Below are positions 15,562 to 24,696 of a DNA stretch of 32,000 nt, piece by piece. Numbering within the stretch: the first letter of the stretch is position 1; the number at the start of each line of letters is the position of its first letter. Below the pieces are notes generated by a model. That model searched no databases, was not told the origin of the DNA, and was given only the letters and a program-made list of their open reading frames with translations. The DNA is from Fibrobacter succinogenes subsp. succinogenes S85 (GTDB taxonomy: Bacteria; Fibrobacterota; Fibrobacteria; Fibrobacterales; Fibrobacteraceae). The translations under genes and the position numbers were made by a program. The DNA lies in contig NC_017448.1 of the NCBI RefSeq assembly GCF_000146505.1, positions 330,001-362,000 on the forward strand. The letters run 5' to 3'.

Positions 15562-15569
15562 CAAATTTA
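15562..15569 (-). promoter_or_regulatory. TAAATTTG (TAnnTTTG) box 5 nt upstream of the radical SAM ATG
   Basis: The minus strand reads aaatttcTAAATTTGggcgcATG. There is no SD, and it lies in the 29-nt gap after the upstream gene's stop. Confidence 0.4.
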
Positions 15570-15585
15570 GAAATTTTTCTCTATA

Positions 15586-18081
15586 TCAGAAATAGACTCC
15601 ATAATTAGGACGTGCGTTCATACTGCGACCTTTAGCGTCATACCGAGGAGCAAAATTTTTCTTCAACGGGGTCGGGTCAATCGTCTTGCGAATTCCGCTT
15701 CTCGGACCACCAACACCATCCCTACCATTTACATTGAGCAAAACCTTATCATAATATTCATTGGCGAAATAGAAATTAGCGAGATATAAATTCTGCACTT
15801 CAGGATAAACTTGCTGATAAGGCTTATTTTCAATCAACCCATAAAAAGCTTTATAGTTATCGTTATAGAAGAAATTACAGCTCATATACATGCCACTGAT
15901 GGAATGTCCGTTTCCATAGATGATTCCTGCAAAAATATTTTCATAGTTCATCGGATGCCAATCAACATAATCTTTATTCATGTTTTCGTTCACAACGATA
16001 TCGTTCATGATTTTGATACAGGATTTTATAGGCGGTTTTTCGCTTAATTCATTGTTTGCAATTTCGTCAAAATAGAACAGTTCATGAACATTCGTTACAA
16101 GATAACAGCCGTCAGCATCTGTTGCTGGTTTTTGAGGTGCATAAATCCATACAGCTTTCAAATTAAATTCATCGTCTTTCGAATTGACATAAATGGAACG
16201 ATCAAAGTCACCTAATTTATCCAAATTACCACCATTGGGGCCTATCCAGCCACGAAAAAGGAATCCTTCACGAGTCGGACTTTTAAGCAAAATACTTTCT
16301 CCGCTCATTGCTGTTTCCGGATTTTTCGCATCACCCATTGTGCCGCCGTCCAAGTTGTAAATAATCTTGATTTCTCGGGCACTCCATTTGGCATAAAGAA
16401 CAATATCTTCGGTGTTACCCGTGGGCAATTCCGTTACCTTAGTTGTAAAGGAAGAATCCGAGTACCAGCCAACGAAAGTTTTCCCGTTTTTAGAGGGTTC
16501 TTTCAACACAAATGTTGCAGAATCCGCATAACGATAAACCGGATTCCGATTCAACACAGAAGAATAAGTGCCATCATTCACATAAGTGATGGAATATCCC
16601 TTTTTCCACTTGGCAAAAAACTTCTTATTTCCTTTATCCGTAGCAAGTATTTTTTCTACCGGTGTTGTAAAATTTGAATCGGCAAACCAACCTTCAAAAA
16701 TATCACCATCCTTTGACGCAGGCTTCAACAGCACTTCCTGTTCAGGCTTGTAATAGCTCGGATTAACAGAGTCATTGACGCCACCGGCCAAATCATACGC
16801 AATATCGTAATACACGCCGTTCAATTTCGGGTAAGCGTCCTTGCCGATATCCTGCGTCCAGATGGGGTAACTGGACCCCTTCACGATTTTTTCAAGAACG
16901 GTTCCATCGGAAAAAGCTGTGGCAGAAGCCGCACTCGCTTCAAATTCGTCATTAGTATAGGTATCGATATAAAAAGTATTTTCAGCAACGACTTTCCAGT
17001 TCGGAAAATCTTGACACTGAGTCAGACCTTTTTGGCTAATTGCCGAAAAAATCTCCTTTGCCTCAGCAGTTCCTACAAAGAAGGTATTTTTGAAAACGGA
17101 GAAATCAGTCCCGCCCACAAGGCCACCTCCGCGATACCCCACCAAACGTCCAGCAAAATAAGCATTTTCTACAGTTACCGCATTATGATTATTATCATAA
17201 GTGTTGGCTGCACGAGGGGCTTTGCTTATCGAAGTTTCAAGAGTAACATCTATACAATAGTCTTGTTGAACACGGGCATAACCGACAAGACCACCGACAT
17301 AGCTCCCCCTGCTATCCAAAGTAGCCGTACTATAAACATTCTTCAGTGAAGTTCCAAAGCCTAGCGTATTAGCAATAAAAGAACCGACATAACCATTGCC
17401 AGCAAAATAAGAATCAATGATTCCTAAATTTTGAATTAAAGCATTATGTTCACCTTCAGCAAGATTAACAAGTCCGACATTTCCATATAAGCCCGAGATG
17501 GTGTGACCATTCCCTTCAATGACACCCATAAAATTCCCAAAAGGTTTCCACCAGTAATGAGATCCCTCATTCGGGGTTCCATCGGAAGCCAAGAGATTTT
17601 TGTTAACGACGATATCATTTTCAATGGAAACGCAAATTTGTTTATTTTTGCGCATTAAGCTATCAGAAACTTTTACAGCACCGTAGAGTTCTGCAGCATC
17701 GTGGACAAGCATACACCCCGACTCGTTCTGTTGCGGGATTTTCGCCTTCACTCCCCAACGAGCATAAAGCGACAACCGTCCATTTTGGGTGCGGGTGACA
17801 GAAATAACAGCATCAGCATAGGTAATTGCGTTATTATCGTAAGGAGATGAATTAAAATACCAGCCCAGAAACTCGGCACCATCCTTGGTGGGCGGGAAAA
17901 AATTAATTGAAGGGGCGTCCGAGCGATCGCTATATTTATACAAATAGGAAGATAAGTTTTCAGGATTATTCGTTCCTCCCTGCAAATCGTAATCAATATA
18001 AATCGTATCCCTAACTGCAACTACGGCAAAAGCATTTCCCGCGATAAGCAAGCAAATAAAAGCATAAAATGACCTCAACAT
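15586..18081 (-). CDS. large secreted surface/adhesin-like repeat protein with Listeria-Bacteroides (Flg_new / InlB B-repeat type) repeats and two beta-helix-like modules
   Basis: It has a signal peptide (MLRSFYAFICLLIAGNAFA). Four repeats have the form YDLxGG...P.K.G..F.GWY.DS.FTT. There is an internal duplication: CMLVHDAAELY...IENDIVVNKNL...FMGVIEGNGHTISGLY versus CYLVTNVHELF...IMNDIVVNENM...FAGIIYGNGHSISGMY. Confidence 0.7.
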   Translation of the reverse strand: MLRSFYAFICLLIAGNAFAVVAVRDTIYIDYDLQGGTNNPENLSSYLYKYSDRSDAPSINFFPPTKDGAEFLGWYFNSSPYDNNAITYADAVISVTRTQNGRLSLYARWGVKAKIPQQNESGCMLVHDAAELYGAVKVSDSLMRKNKQICVSIENDIVVNKNLLASDGTPNEGSHYWWKPFGNFMGVIEGNGHTISGLYGNVGLVNLAEGEHNALIQNLGIIDSYFAGNGYVGSFIANTLGFGTSLKNVYSTATLDSRGSYVGGLVGYARVQQDYCIDVTLETSISKAPRAANTYDNNHNAVTVENAYFAGRLVGYRGGGLVGGTDFSVFKNTFFVGTAEAKEIFSAISQKGLTQCQDFPNWKVVAENTFYIDTYTNDEFEASAASATAFSDGTVLEKIVKGSSYPIWTQDIGKDAYPKLNGVYYDIAYDLAGGVNDSVNPSYYKPEQEVLLKPASKDGDIFEGWFADSNFTTPVEKILATDKGNKKFFAKWKKGYSITYVNDGTYSSVLNRNPVYRYADSATFVLKEPSKNGKTFVGWYSDSSFTTKVTELPTGNTEDIVLYAKWSAREIKIIYNLDGGTMGDAKNPETAMSGESILLKSPTREGFLFRGWIGPNGGNLDKLGDFDRSIYVNSKDDEFNLKAVWIYAPQKPATDADGCYLVTNVHELFYFDEIANNELSEKPPIKSCIKIMNDIVVNENMNKDYVDWHPMNYENIFAGIIYGNGHSISGMYMSCNFFYNDNYKAFYGLIENKPYQQVYPEVQNLYLANFYFANEYYDKVLLNVNGRDGVGGPRSGIRKTIDPTPLKKNFAPRYDAKGRSMNARPNYGVYF

Positions 18082-18204
18082 ATTTTCTCCCTAATATATA
18101 GCAATCATCCACTCGCTCATCAATATACATATAAATCCAACCTAGAGCAGGATTTATCCATGCTTTTTTAGACACGTTTTTCAAAATTAACGATAGCGCG
18201 ATTA

Positions 18205-18236
18205 ATATGCTACAACAAAGGTATTATATGCTACAA
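18205..18236. promoter_or_regulatory. direct 11-bp repeat ATATGCTACAA x2 (21-bp period) flanking a TACCTTTG box, upstream of the repeat-protein gene
   Basis: The copies are at 18205-18215 and 18226-18236. The minus strand reads TTGTAGCATATAATACCTTTGTTGTAGCATATTAAT. A second TAnnTTTG match (TAATTTTG) is at 18182-18189. Confidence 0.35.
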
Positions 18237-18243
18237 TATGATT

Positions 18244-19552
<1,309 letters not shown>

Positions 19553-19735
19553 AGGAGCTCCTAATGTTTATGATGGTGATAGAAACAATATATTAAAAAA
19601 TTTTAAAATTTCAAGAAAGCACCGCCACCAATCAAGGTTAATCATATACACAGGCCTTTTTGCACAAATGCTGTTGTCAACGCAAATTTGATTTAATATA
19701 ATTGGGTGCGGTTACACAAAATTAAAGGATACACT

Positions 19736-21121
19736 ATGAGAAACTCGCTCAAGATCGATGGTCAGGTCAAGACTTATCTCCACGAAGATGAACTTCCGAA
19801 GGCATGGTACAACGTCCGCGCCGACATGAAGAAGAAGCCCGCTCCGCTTCTGAACCCGGGAACCGGCAAGCCGGTGACTTTCGAAGACCTGCAGCCGGTT
19901 TTCTGCGATGAACTCATCAAGCAGGAACTTGATAACGATACCGCTTACATCGAAATTCCGGAAGACATCCGCACGTTCTACAAGATGTACCGTCCGTCTC
20001 CGCTCGTTCGCGCTTACTTCCTCGAACAGGCTCTCGGCACTCCGGCTCACATCTACTACAAGTTCGAAGGCAACAACACCTCGGGTTCTCACAAGCTCAA
20101 CTCCGCCATCGCTCAGGCCTACTACGCTAAGAAGCAGGGCCTCAAGGGCGTGACGACCGAAACGGGTGCAGGCCAGTGGGGTACCGCCCTTTCGATGTCC
20201 AGTGCCTTCTTCGGACTGGACTGCCAGGTTTACATGGTGAAGGTTTCTTATGAACAGAAGCCGTTCCGCCGCGAAGTGATGCGCACCTACGGTGCATCCG
20301 TCACCCCGTCCCCGTCCATGACGACCGACATCGGCCGCAAGATCAACGCCGAATTCCCGGGCACCACGGGTAGCCTTGGCTGCGCTATTTCCGAAGCTGT
20401 GGAAGCCGCTGTGAAGCAGCCGGGTTACCGCTATGTTCTCGGTTCCGTGCTAAACCAGGTGCTCCTCCACCAGTCCGTCATCGGTCTCGAAACGAAGGCT
20501 GCACTCGACAAGATCGGCGTGAAGGCCGACCTCATCATCGGTTGCGCTGGCGGTGGTTCTAACCTCGGTGGTCTCGTGAGCCCGTTCATCGGCGAAAAGC
20601 TCCGTGGCGAAGCCGACTACGATATTCTCGCTGTGGAACCGGCAAGCTGCCCGAGCTTCACTCGCGGTAAGTACGCTTACGACTTCTGCGACACCGGTAA
20701 GGTCTGCCCGCTCGCCAAGATGTACACGCTCGGTTCTAGCTTCATCCCGTCTGCAAACCACGCTGGTGGCCTCCGCTACCACGGCATGAGCAGCATTCTC
20801 TCTGAACTTTACGATCAGGGACTCATGCGTGCAACGTCTGTCGAACAAACTAAGGTCTTCGAAGCCGCAAAGCTTTTCGCCCAGACCGAAGGTATCCTCC
20901 CGGCTCCGGAATCCAGCCACGCCATCCGCGCAACGATCGACGAAGCTCTCAAGTGCAAGGAAAGCGGTCAGGCCAAGAACATCGTATTCGGTCTCACCGG
21001 CACGGGTTACTTCGACATGGTTGCTTACCAGAAGTTCAACGACGGCGAAATGAGCGACTACATCCCGACGGATGAAGACATTGCCAAGAGCCTCGCCCAG
21101 CTTCCGAAGGTCGAAGGCTAA
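19736..21121 (+). CDS. TrpB-like PLP-dependent enzyme (tryptophan synthase beta chain 2 type, TrpB2)
   Basis: It has the TrpB2-type N-terminus (LPKAWYNVRADM...PLLNPGTGKPV), the PLP Lys context (NTSGSHKLNSAI) and GGGSN. There is no trpA nearby. I place the start at ATG 19736, which has AAAGGA upstream. Confidence 0.85.
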   Translation: MRNSLKIDGQVKTYLHEDELPKAWYNVRADMKKKPAPLLNPGTGKPVTFEDLQPVFCDELIKQELDNDTAYIEIPEDIRTFYKMYRPSPLVRAYFLEQALGTPAHIYYKFEGNNTSGSHKLNSAIAQAYYAKKQGLKGVTTETGAGQWGTALSMSSAFFGLDCQVYMVKVSYEQKPFRREVMRTYGASVTPSPSMTTDIGRKINAEFPGTTGSLGCAISEAVEAAVKQPGYRYVLGSVLNQVLLHQSVIGLETKAALDKIGVKADLIIGCAGGGSNLGGLVSPFIGEKLRGEADYDILAVEPASCPSFTRGKYAYDFCDTGKVCPLAKMYTLGSSFIPSANHAGGLRYHGMSSILSELYDQGLMRATSVEQTKVFEAAKLFAQTEGILPAPESSHAIRATIDEALKCKESGQAKNIVFGLTGTGYFDMVAYQKFNDGEMSDYIPTDEDIAKSLAQLPKVEG

Positions 21122-21144
21122 TCACAAGTTGTCATTAAGCAGAA

Positions 21145-21171
21145 ACGCCCAGCGGATTGCTGGGCGTTTTT
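21145..21171 (+). terminator. rho-independent terminator after the trpB2-like gene
   Basis: ACGCCCAGC ggatt GCTGGGCGT followed by TTTT. Confidence 0.8.
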
Positions 21172-21189
21172 CTGTTTCATAAAAGGCAA

Positions 21190-21222
21190 AAACAAAAACC
21201 GGGCGCTTTCGCGTCCGGCTTT
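21190..21222 (-). terminator. rho-independent terminator after rpmA
   Basis: The minus strand reads aaaaGCCGGACGC gaaa GCGCCCGGtttttgttttt, a stem with one mismatch. Confidence 0.65.
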
Positions 21223-21241
21223 TAAAAGCTAACCAAAGTTA

Positions 21242-21502
21242 TTAGGCTTCTTCAGGATAGACAGAGACCTTCTGGCGCTTTGCATCGAGGCGTTCGAACT
21301 TCACAGTGCCATCAACGAGGGAGAACAAGGTAAAGTCCTTGCCCATACCGACATTGTTGCCCTTGTGGAAGTGAGAACCGCGCTGACGAACGATGATGTT
21401 GCCAGCCTTGACGGTTTCGCCCGCATACTTCTTAACACCAAGGTACTTGGCGTTACTGTCGCGGCCGTTACGTACTGAACCTTGACCTTTCTTATGTGCC
21501 AT
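21242..21502 (-). CDS. rpmA: 50S ribosomal protein L27
   Basis: [24 protein letters not shown]...[21 protein letters not shown] is the canonical L27 sequence. AAGGAGG lies upstream. Confidence 0.97.
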   Translation of the reverse strand: MAHKKGQGSVRNGRDSNAKYLGVKKYAGETVKAGNIIVRQRGSHFHKGNNVGMGKDFTLFSLVDGTVKFERLDAKRQKVSVYPEEA

Positions 21503-21505
21503 GGA

Positions 21506-21991
21506 TTAAGCCTCCTTAGCCTTACGCAGAGAGTTCTTCTTGACCTTAGCCGGCTTCGGAAGTCCCTGAGCGATCTTTTCCTTGCGAGTGAGCGGCTTGT
21601 TCTGAACCTTCTGCTTAGCAAGGGCAGCCACGCGAGCGCGGTTGCGGGTAATAACTTGAGGGTCAACGACTGCAGATTCAGCGCCGGAGCGGAGTTCCGT
21701 GACGAGCACCTCGGTATAGCCCTGACGATGACCGTTACGACGTTCGTAACGGGTACGACGCTTCTTCTTGAACACGATAATCGTGTCTTCCTTGCCATGG
21801 GCGAGAACTTCGACCTTGACAGATGCGTCATTCAGGACAGGGGTGCCGACTTGCACTTCTTTTCCGGAGAAAAGAAGAACGGACTTGAGCTCCAGTTCAG
21901 AACCAACAGCTGCGTCGATCGTCGGGACCTTGTAGGCCTTGCCGAGTTCGACTTTATACTGGAAACCACCTGTTTCAACAATAGAATACAT
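21506..21991 (-). CDS. rplU: 50S ribosomal protein L21 with a ~55-aa basic C-terminal extension
   Basis: MYSIVETGGFQYKVELGKAYKV...KKKRRTRYERRNGHRQGYTEV is the L21 core. A Lys/Arg/Ala-rich tail runs to residue 161. Confidence 0.93.
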   Translation of the reverse strand: MYSIVETGGFQYKVELGKAYKVPTIDAAVGSELELKSVLLFSGKEVQVGTPVLNDASVKVEVLAHGKEDTIIVFKKKRRTRYERRNGHRQGYTEVLVTELRSGAESAVVDPQVITRNRARVAALAKQKVQNKPLTRKEKIAQGLPKPAKVKKNSLRKAKEA

Positions 21992-22025
21992 TTTTGTAAT
22001 CCTTTTTAGGTTGCTATTGGAGTCC

Positions 22026-22033
22026 CAAATTTA
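22026..22033 (-). promoter_or_regulatory. TAAATTTG (TAnnTTTG) box upstream of rplU, giving a leader of about 34 nt
   Basis: The minus strand reads ttacTAAATTTGggactccaatagcaacctaaaaaggattacaaaaATG. Confidence 0.4.
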
Positions 22034-22551
22034 GTAATAAAGCACAAAAAATCAAAGGGGATTAAGGGTAAAAATGAGGAAAATTGGCTAAAAAAGCAAG
22101 AATTCATAGACAAAAAGGCAATAACAGCCGTTTTATTTTCACAAAAAGCGTCAAACCGGGCACTCCAGTTCAAAATCATCAGCACTTTTTAAGTTTTTCG
22201 CCTCACCCACCCCGTCCAAACGCACGCGCAACTTTTTCAAAAAAAGCACGCATGTGCAACCAAAAAGTTCGCACGTCCCCACCGTATATAATGAACATAA
22301 ATTCAGAATCATTTTCATTACTATTTTATTACAAACAAAGAAACAAAACTTTATATGATACTAAGATGATACAAATTAATACATTTATCCAAAAGCATCT
22401 TACTTTTTGACCAATTTATTTTCGCAATACTACAAAAATAAAAGTTTCGTGTAAGTTAATTCCTTTAATTTATTTTTATCATTTACGCCCGCTAACACAA
22501 AGTTAGTTTAAACAAAACAAACAAAATAACCTTTACACATAAGGAGGATGC

Positions 22552-24312
22552 ATGAAACATCTATCTATGTTTCTAATGTCATGCTTAGCAATTTCAACAA
22601 ACGCTGCAACATACAACGCTCAAGGCAAAGCAATCAATAGCAAAGACGCCCAAAATCCAGGCATCGTAGTATACGAAAAAACAAAAGTTATAAACCAAAA
22701 TAAAAAAACAAATCACAACATCTTAGCAAAAACAAATTCAAACGACAGAGTTACAAAATCATACGCAATCTACAATTCAGACGAAAGCATTTATTACATG
22801 GATGGATACAAGAAATCGTTCAAAGCCTTTTTCGACACCTATGTGAATCCACGTGAAGAACGAGACGCCCCGAGAAACAATTACCAGCCACTCAACCTAT
22901 CAAACAACGCAGCACGATACAGAAGCAATAACGGCGACGAATGCAAAGTAGTCGCAGGAACTCTACCAACTAACAAACATTTCTACAAGCAAAACGATCG
23001 TCAAATGCTTTTAGATTACGTGACGGGAACATCTTTCGGCGTAAGCATCTACGACAATTACGACAAAACTAGTTTTACCTGCAATTCCACAGGAAACCAC
23101 CTACACCTAAGCTTATGTTTGGGAAGTCTAGGTTCGGGAATCAACATCTACAATGTTGTCGGCGACAAAAAAATAGACATAACAAAGCAAAGTTGCAAAA
23201 ATGAAACCCAATCCAATCAATACGCTCTACGCGACTACAAATTAGGAATAGACCATTTTTTTGCAGACAAGCTCGTGTCTGCAATCGCACCTTACGCCAC
23301 AAGGTACACAATTGATGAGGGTGATGCAAGAAAACAAGGTAAATTTGCAGCACATCCTCAGAATCCATACACGCTCGACATGCATATAGGCAACACAATC
23401 GCCACATCATCAAAGAACGTCGTCACCTATAACGAAGAATCGGCTTATTTGGACGATTACATATACAATAATCGCGTGATTGAATTCGTTCCTTACACAG
23501 AAAACGGAACAAAAACCGGAGCTGGCATCGCAATGAACGCAATAAGTGTAGGCGGAATTGAGCAAATCTACTATGAAAATGGCACACAAAAAGGTCTTTT
23601 CGTAAACAAAGTTAACGTACCCCGTTTACCATACGCAGCAGGTTACGCAAAACCTGAAATATACCACTTGGGCAACATGTATTTCAAATACGACAAACAA
23701 GTTATCGAATATGGTCCCCAAAACGCTCTTGCACAACACGTTAGAGGTTATTCAGACAACTGGGGAGCATCATCTCTTGCTGCAGCCATGACGGCAGTCC
23801 TTCTTTCAAAACAACCATTCTATAAATGGCATCCAGAAGTAGTGAAAGCACTTTGGCTTACAGCCTATAGTGAAGAGCTACCCAATTTGTACTACAACAG
23901 TAATAAAGTACTCGTCCAAGGAAAGCATATATCAACTATACAGGAATTGATGTCAAAAAACGTATCTCGTTATTGGTACGGAAACAACGATGATTTCTTC
24001 AAAAACGAAACAGAGACTTTCGTCGCTAGCGTAGAACCAGGAAAGAAATACGCCGCAGCAATCGCATGGCTAGTACGTGGAGACTACGCTTTGAACGAAT
24101 CAGAAGTATCATCAAATTATACTTTAACGATAAAAGATAGTAAGACGGGAAAAATACTGAACACACCTGAAAATTCCGTTGCAACCTATCGATTTGCGGA
24201 ACTTATCATTCCTGCTGGAGTTACACAACTTAAATTTGAAATCAAACGTATCAAAAACACCGGAGACAGAATCATCCTCGGATTCAACTTGCATAAAGTT
24301 TCAAGCAATTAA
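22552..24312 (+). CDS. secreted protein, very divergent subtilase (S8)-like fold candidate with a C-terminal beta-sandwich
   Basis: It has a signal peptide (MKHLSMFLMSCLAISTNA) and AAGGAGG upstream. Order-conserved weak matches to S8 motifs are NAISVGGIE (~VGA), KPEIYHLGN (~PDxxAPG), GASSLAAAMTAVLLSKQP (~GTSMAAPHVAG) and HPEVVKALWLTA. The tail YAAAIAWLVRGDY...YTLTIKDSKTGKIL resembles the TLxWxD...LDLxV module. This rests on pattern recognition only, and the catalytic residues are unverified. Confidence 0.4.
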   Translation: MKHLSMFLMSCLAISTNAATYNAQGKAINSKDAQNPGIVVYEKTKVINQNKKTNHNILAKTNSNDRVTKSYAIYNSDESIYYMDGYKKSFKAFFDTYVNPREERDAPRNNYQPLNLSNNAARYRSNNGDECKVVAGTLPTNKHFYKQNDRQMLLDYVTGTSFGVSIYDNYDKTSFTCNSTGNHLHLSLCLGSLGSGINIYNVVGDKKIDITKQSCKNETQSNQYALRDYKLGIDHFFADKLVSAIAPYATRYTIDEGDARKQGKFAAHPQNPYTLDMHIGNTIATSSKNVVTYNEESAYLDDYIYNNRVIEFVPYTENGTKTGAGIAMNAISVGGIEQIYYENGTQKGLFVNKVNVPRLPYAAGYAKPEIYHLGNMYFKYDKQVIEYGPQNALAQHVRGYSDNWGASSLAAAMTAVLLSKQPFYKWHPEVVKALWLTAYSEELPNLYYNSNKVLVQGKHISTIQELMSKNVSRYWYGNNDDFFKNETETFVASVEPGKKYAAAIAWLVRGDYALNESEVSSNYTLTIKDSKTGKILNTPENSVATYRFAELIIPAGVTQLKFEIKRIKNTGDRIILGFNLHKVSSN

Positions 24313-24374
24313 AAAACACCCTGCATAGGGACACAGATTTTCAAATATTTATTTGACTATCGAATAGAATCTCA

Positions 24375-24405
24375 GAGTCGTTCTTTATAGAACGGCTCTT
24401 TTTTC
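24375..24405 (+). terminator. rho-independent terminator after the subtilase-like gene
   Basis: GAGTCGTTC tttata GAACGGCTC, with one G-U pair, followed by T6-7. Confidence 0.8.
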
Positions 24406-24617
24406 ATCGCAAGCAAATCACAAACAAGATAAACAACTTTTAAACCAAATCGGGAATGATTTCACAAAAGAATTTTATTGCGACAGGGGTTTTAGGGGCG
24501 GAGCCCTTAGGCGAAGGGGTGATGGAGGGTTCGACAGGCTCACCAACCTTTTCTATGGCATTGCCTGTCAAAACAGAAATCAGGGGAAGGCTTTCCCCTT
24601 CAAGTGGGCTAATAACA

Positions 24618-24646
24618 GGAGATTCCCGATCAAGTCGGAAATGACA
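24618..24646 (+). repeat. REP-like hairpin+AATGAC element, copy 3
   Basis: GGAGATTCCCGAtcaagTCGGAAATGACA, a stem with one mismatch. It sits at the end of a 180-nt repeat-like, G-rich stretch upstream of the GH2 gene. Confidence 0.55.
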
Positions 24647-24696
24647 GCATCGTGTTTTTACTATCTTTACTTCGGAATTTTATAAAGGATCCCCTA

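Noticed and set aside
22084-22410. 108-aa + strand ORF in the A-rich region upstream of the subtilase-like gene
   Set aside because: It is low-complexity (K/N/Q/F-rich) with no SD and sits in what looks like a promoter or leader region. It is most likely non-coding.
24520-24545. GGTTCGA-containing segment that superficially resembles a tRNA T-arm
   Set aside because: No acceptor or anticodon stem can be drawn around it, and no CCA-proximal pairing exists. It belongs to the repeat-like stretch.
24456-24644. 62-aa ORF MISQKNFIATGVLGAEPLGEGVMEGSTGSPTF...
   Set aside because: It is made entirely of repeat or hairpin sequence, including REP copy 3. This is a typical repeat-derived pseudo-ORF.
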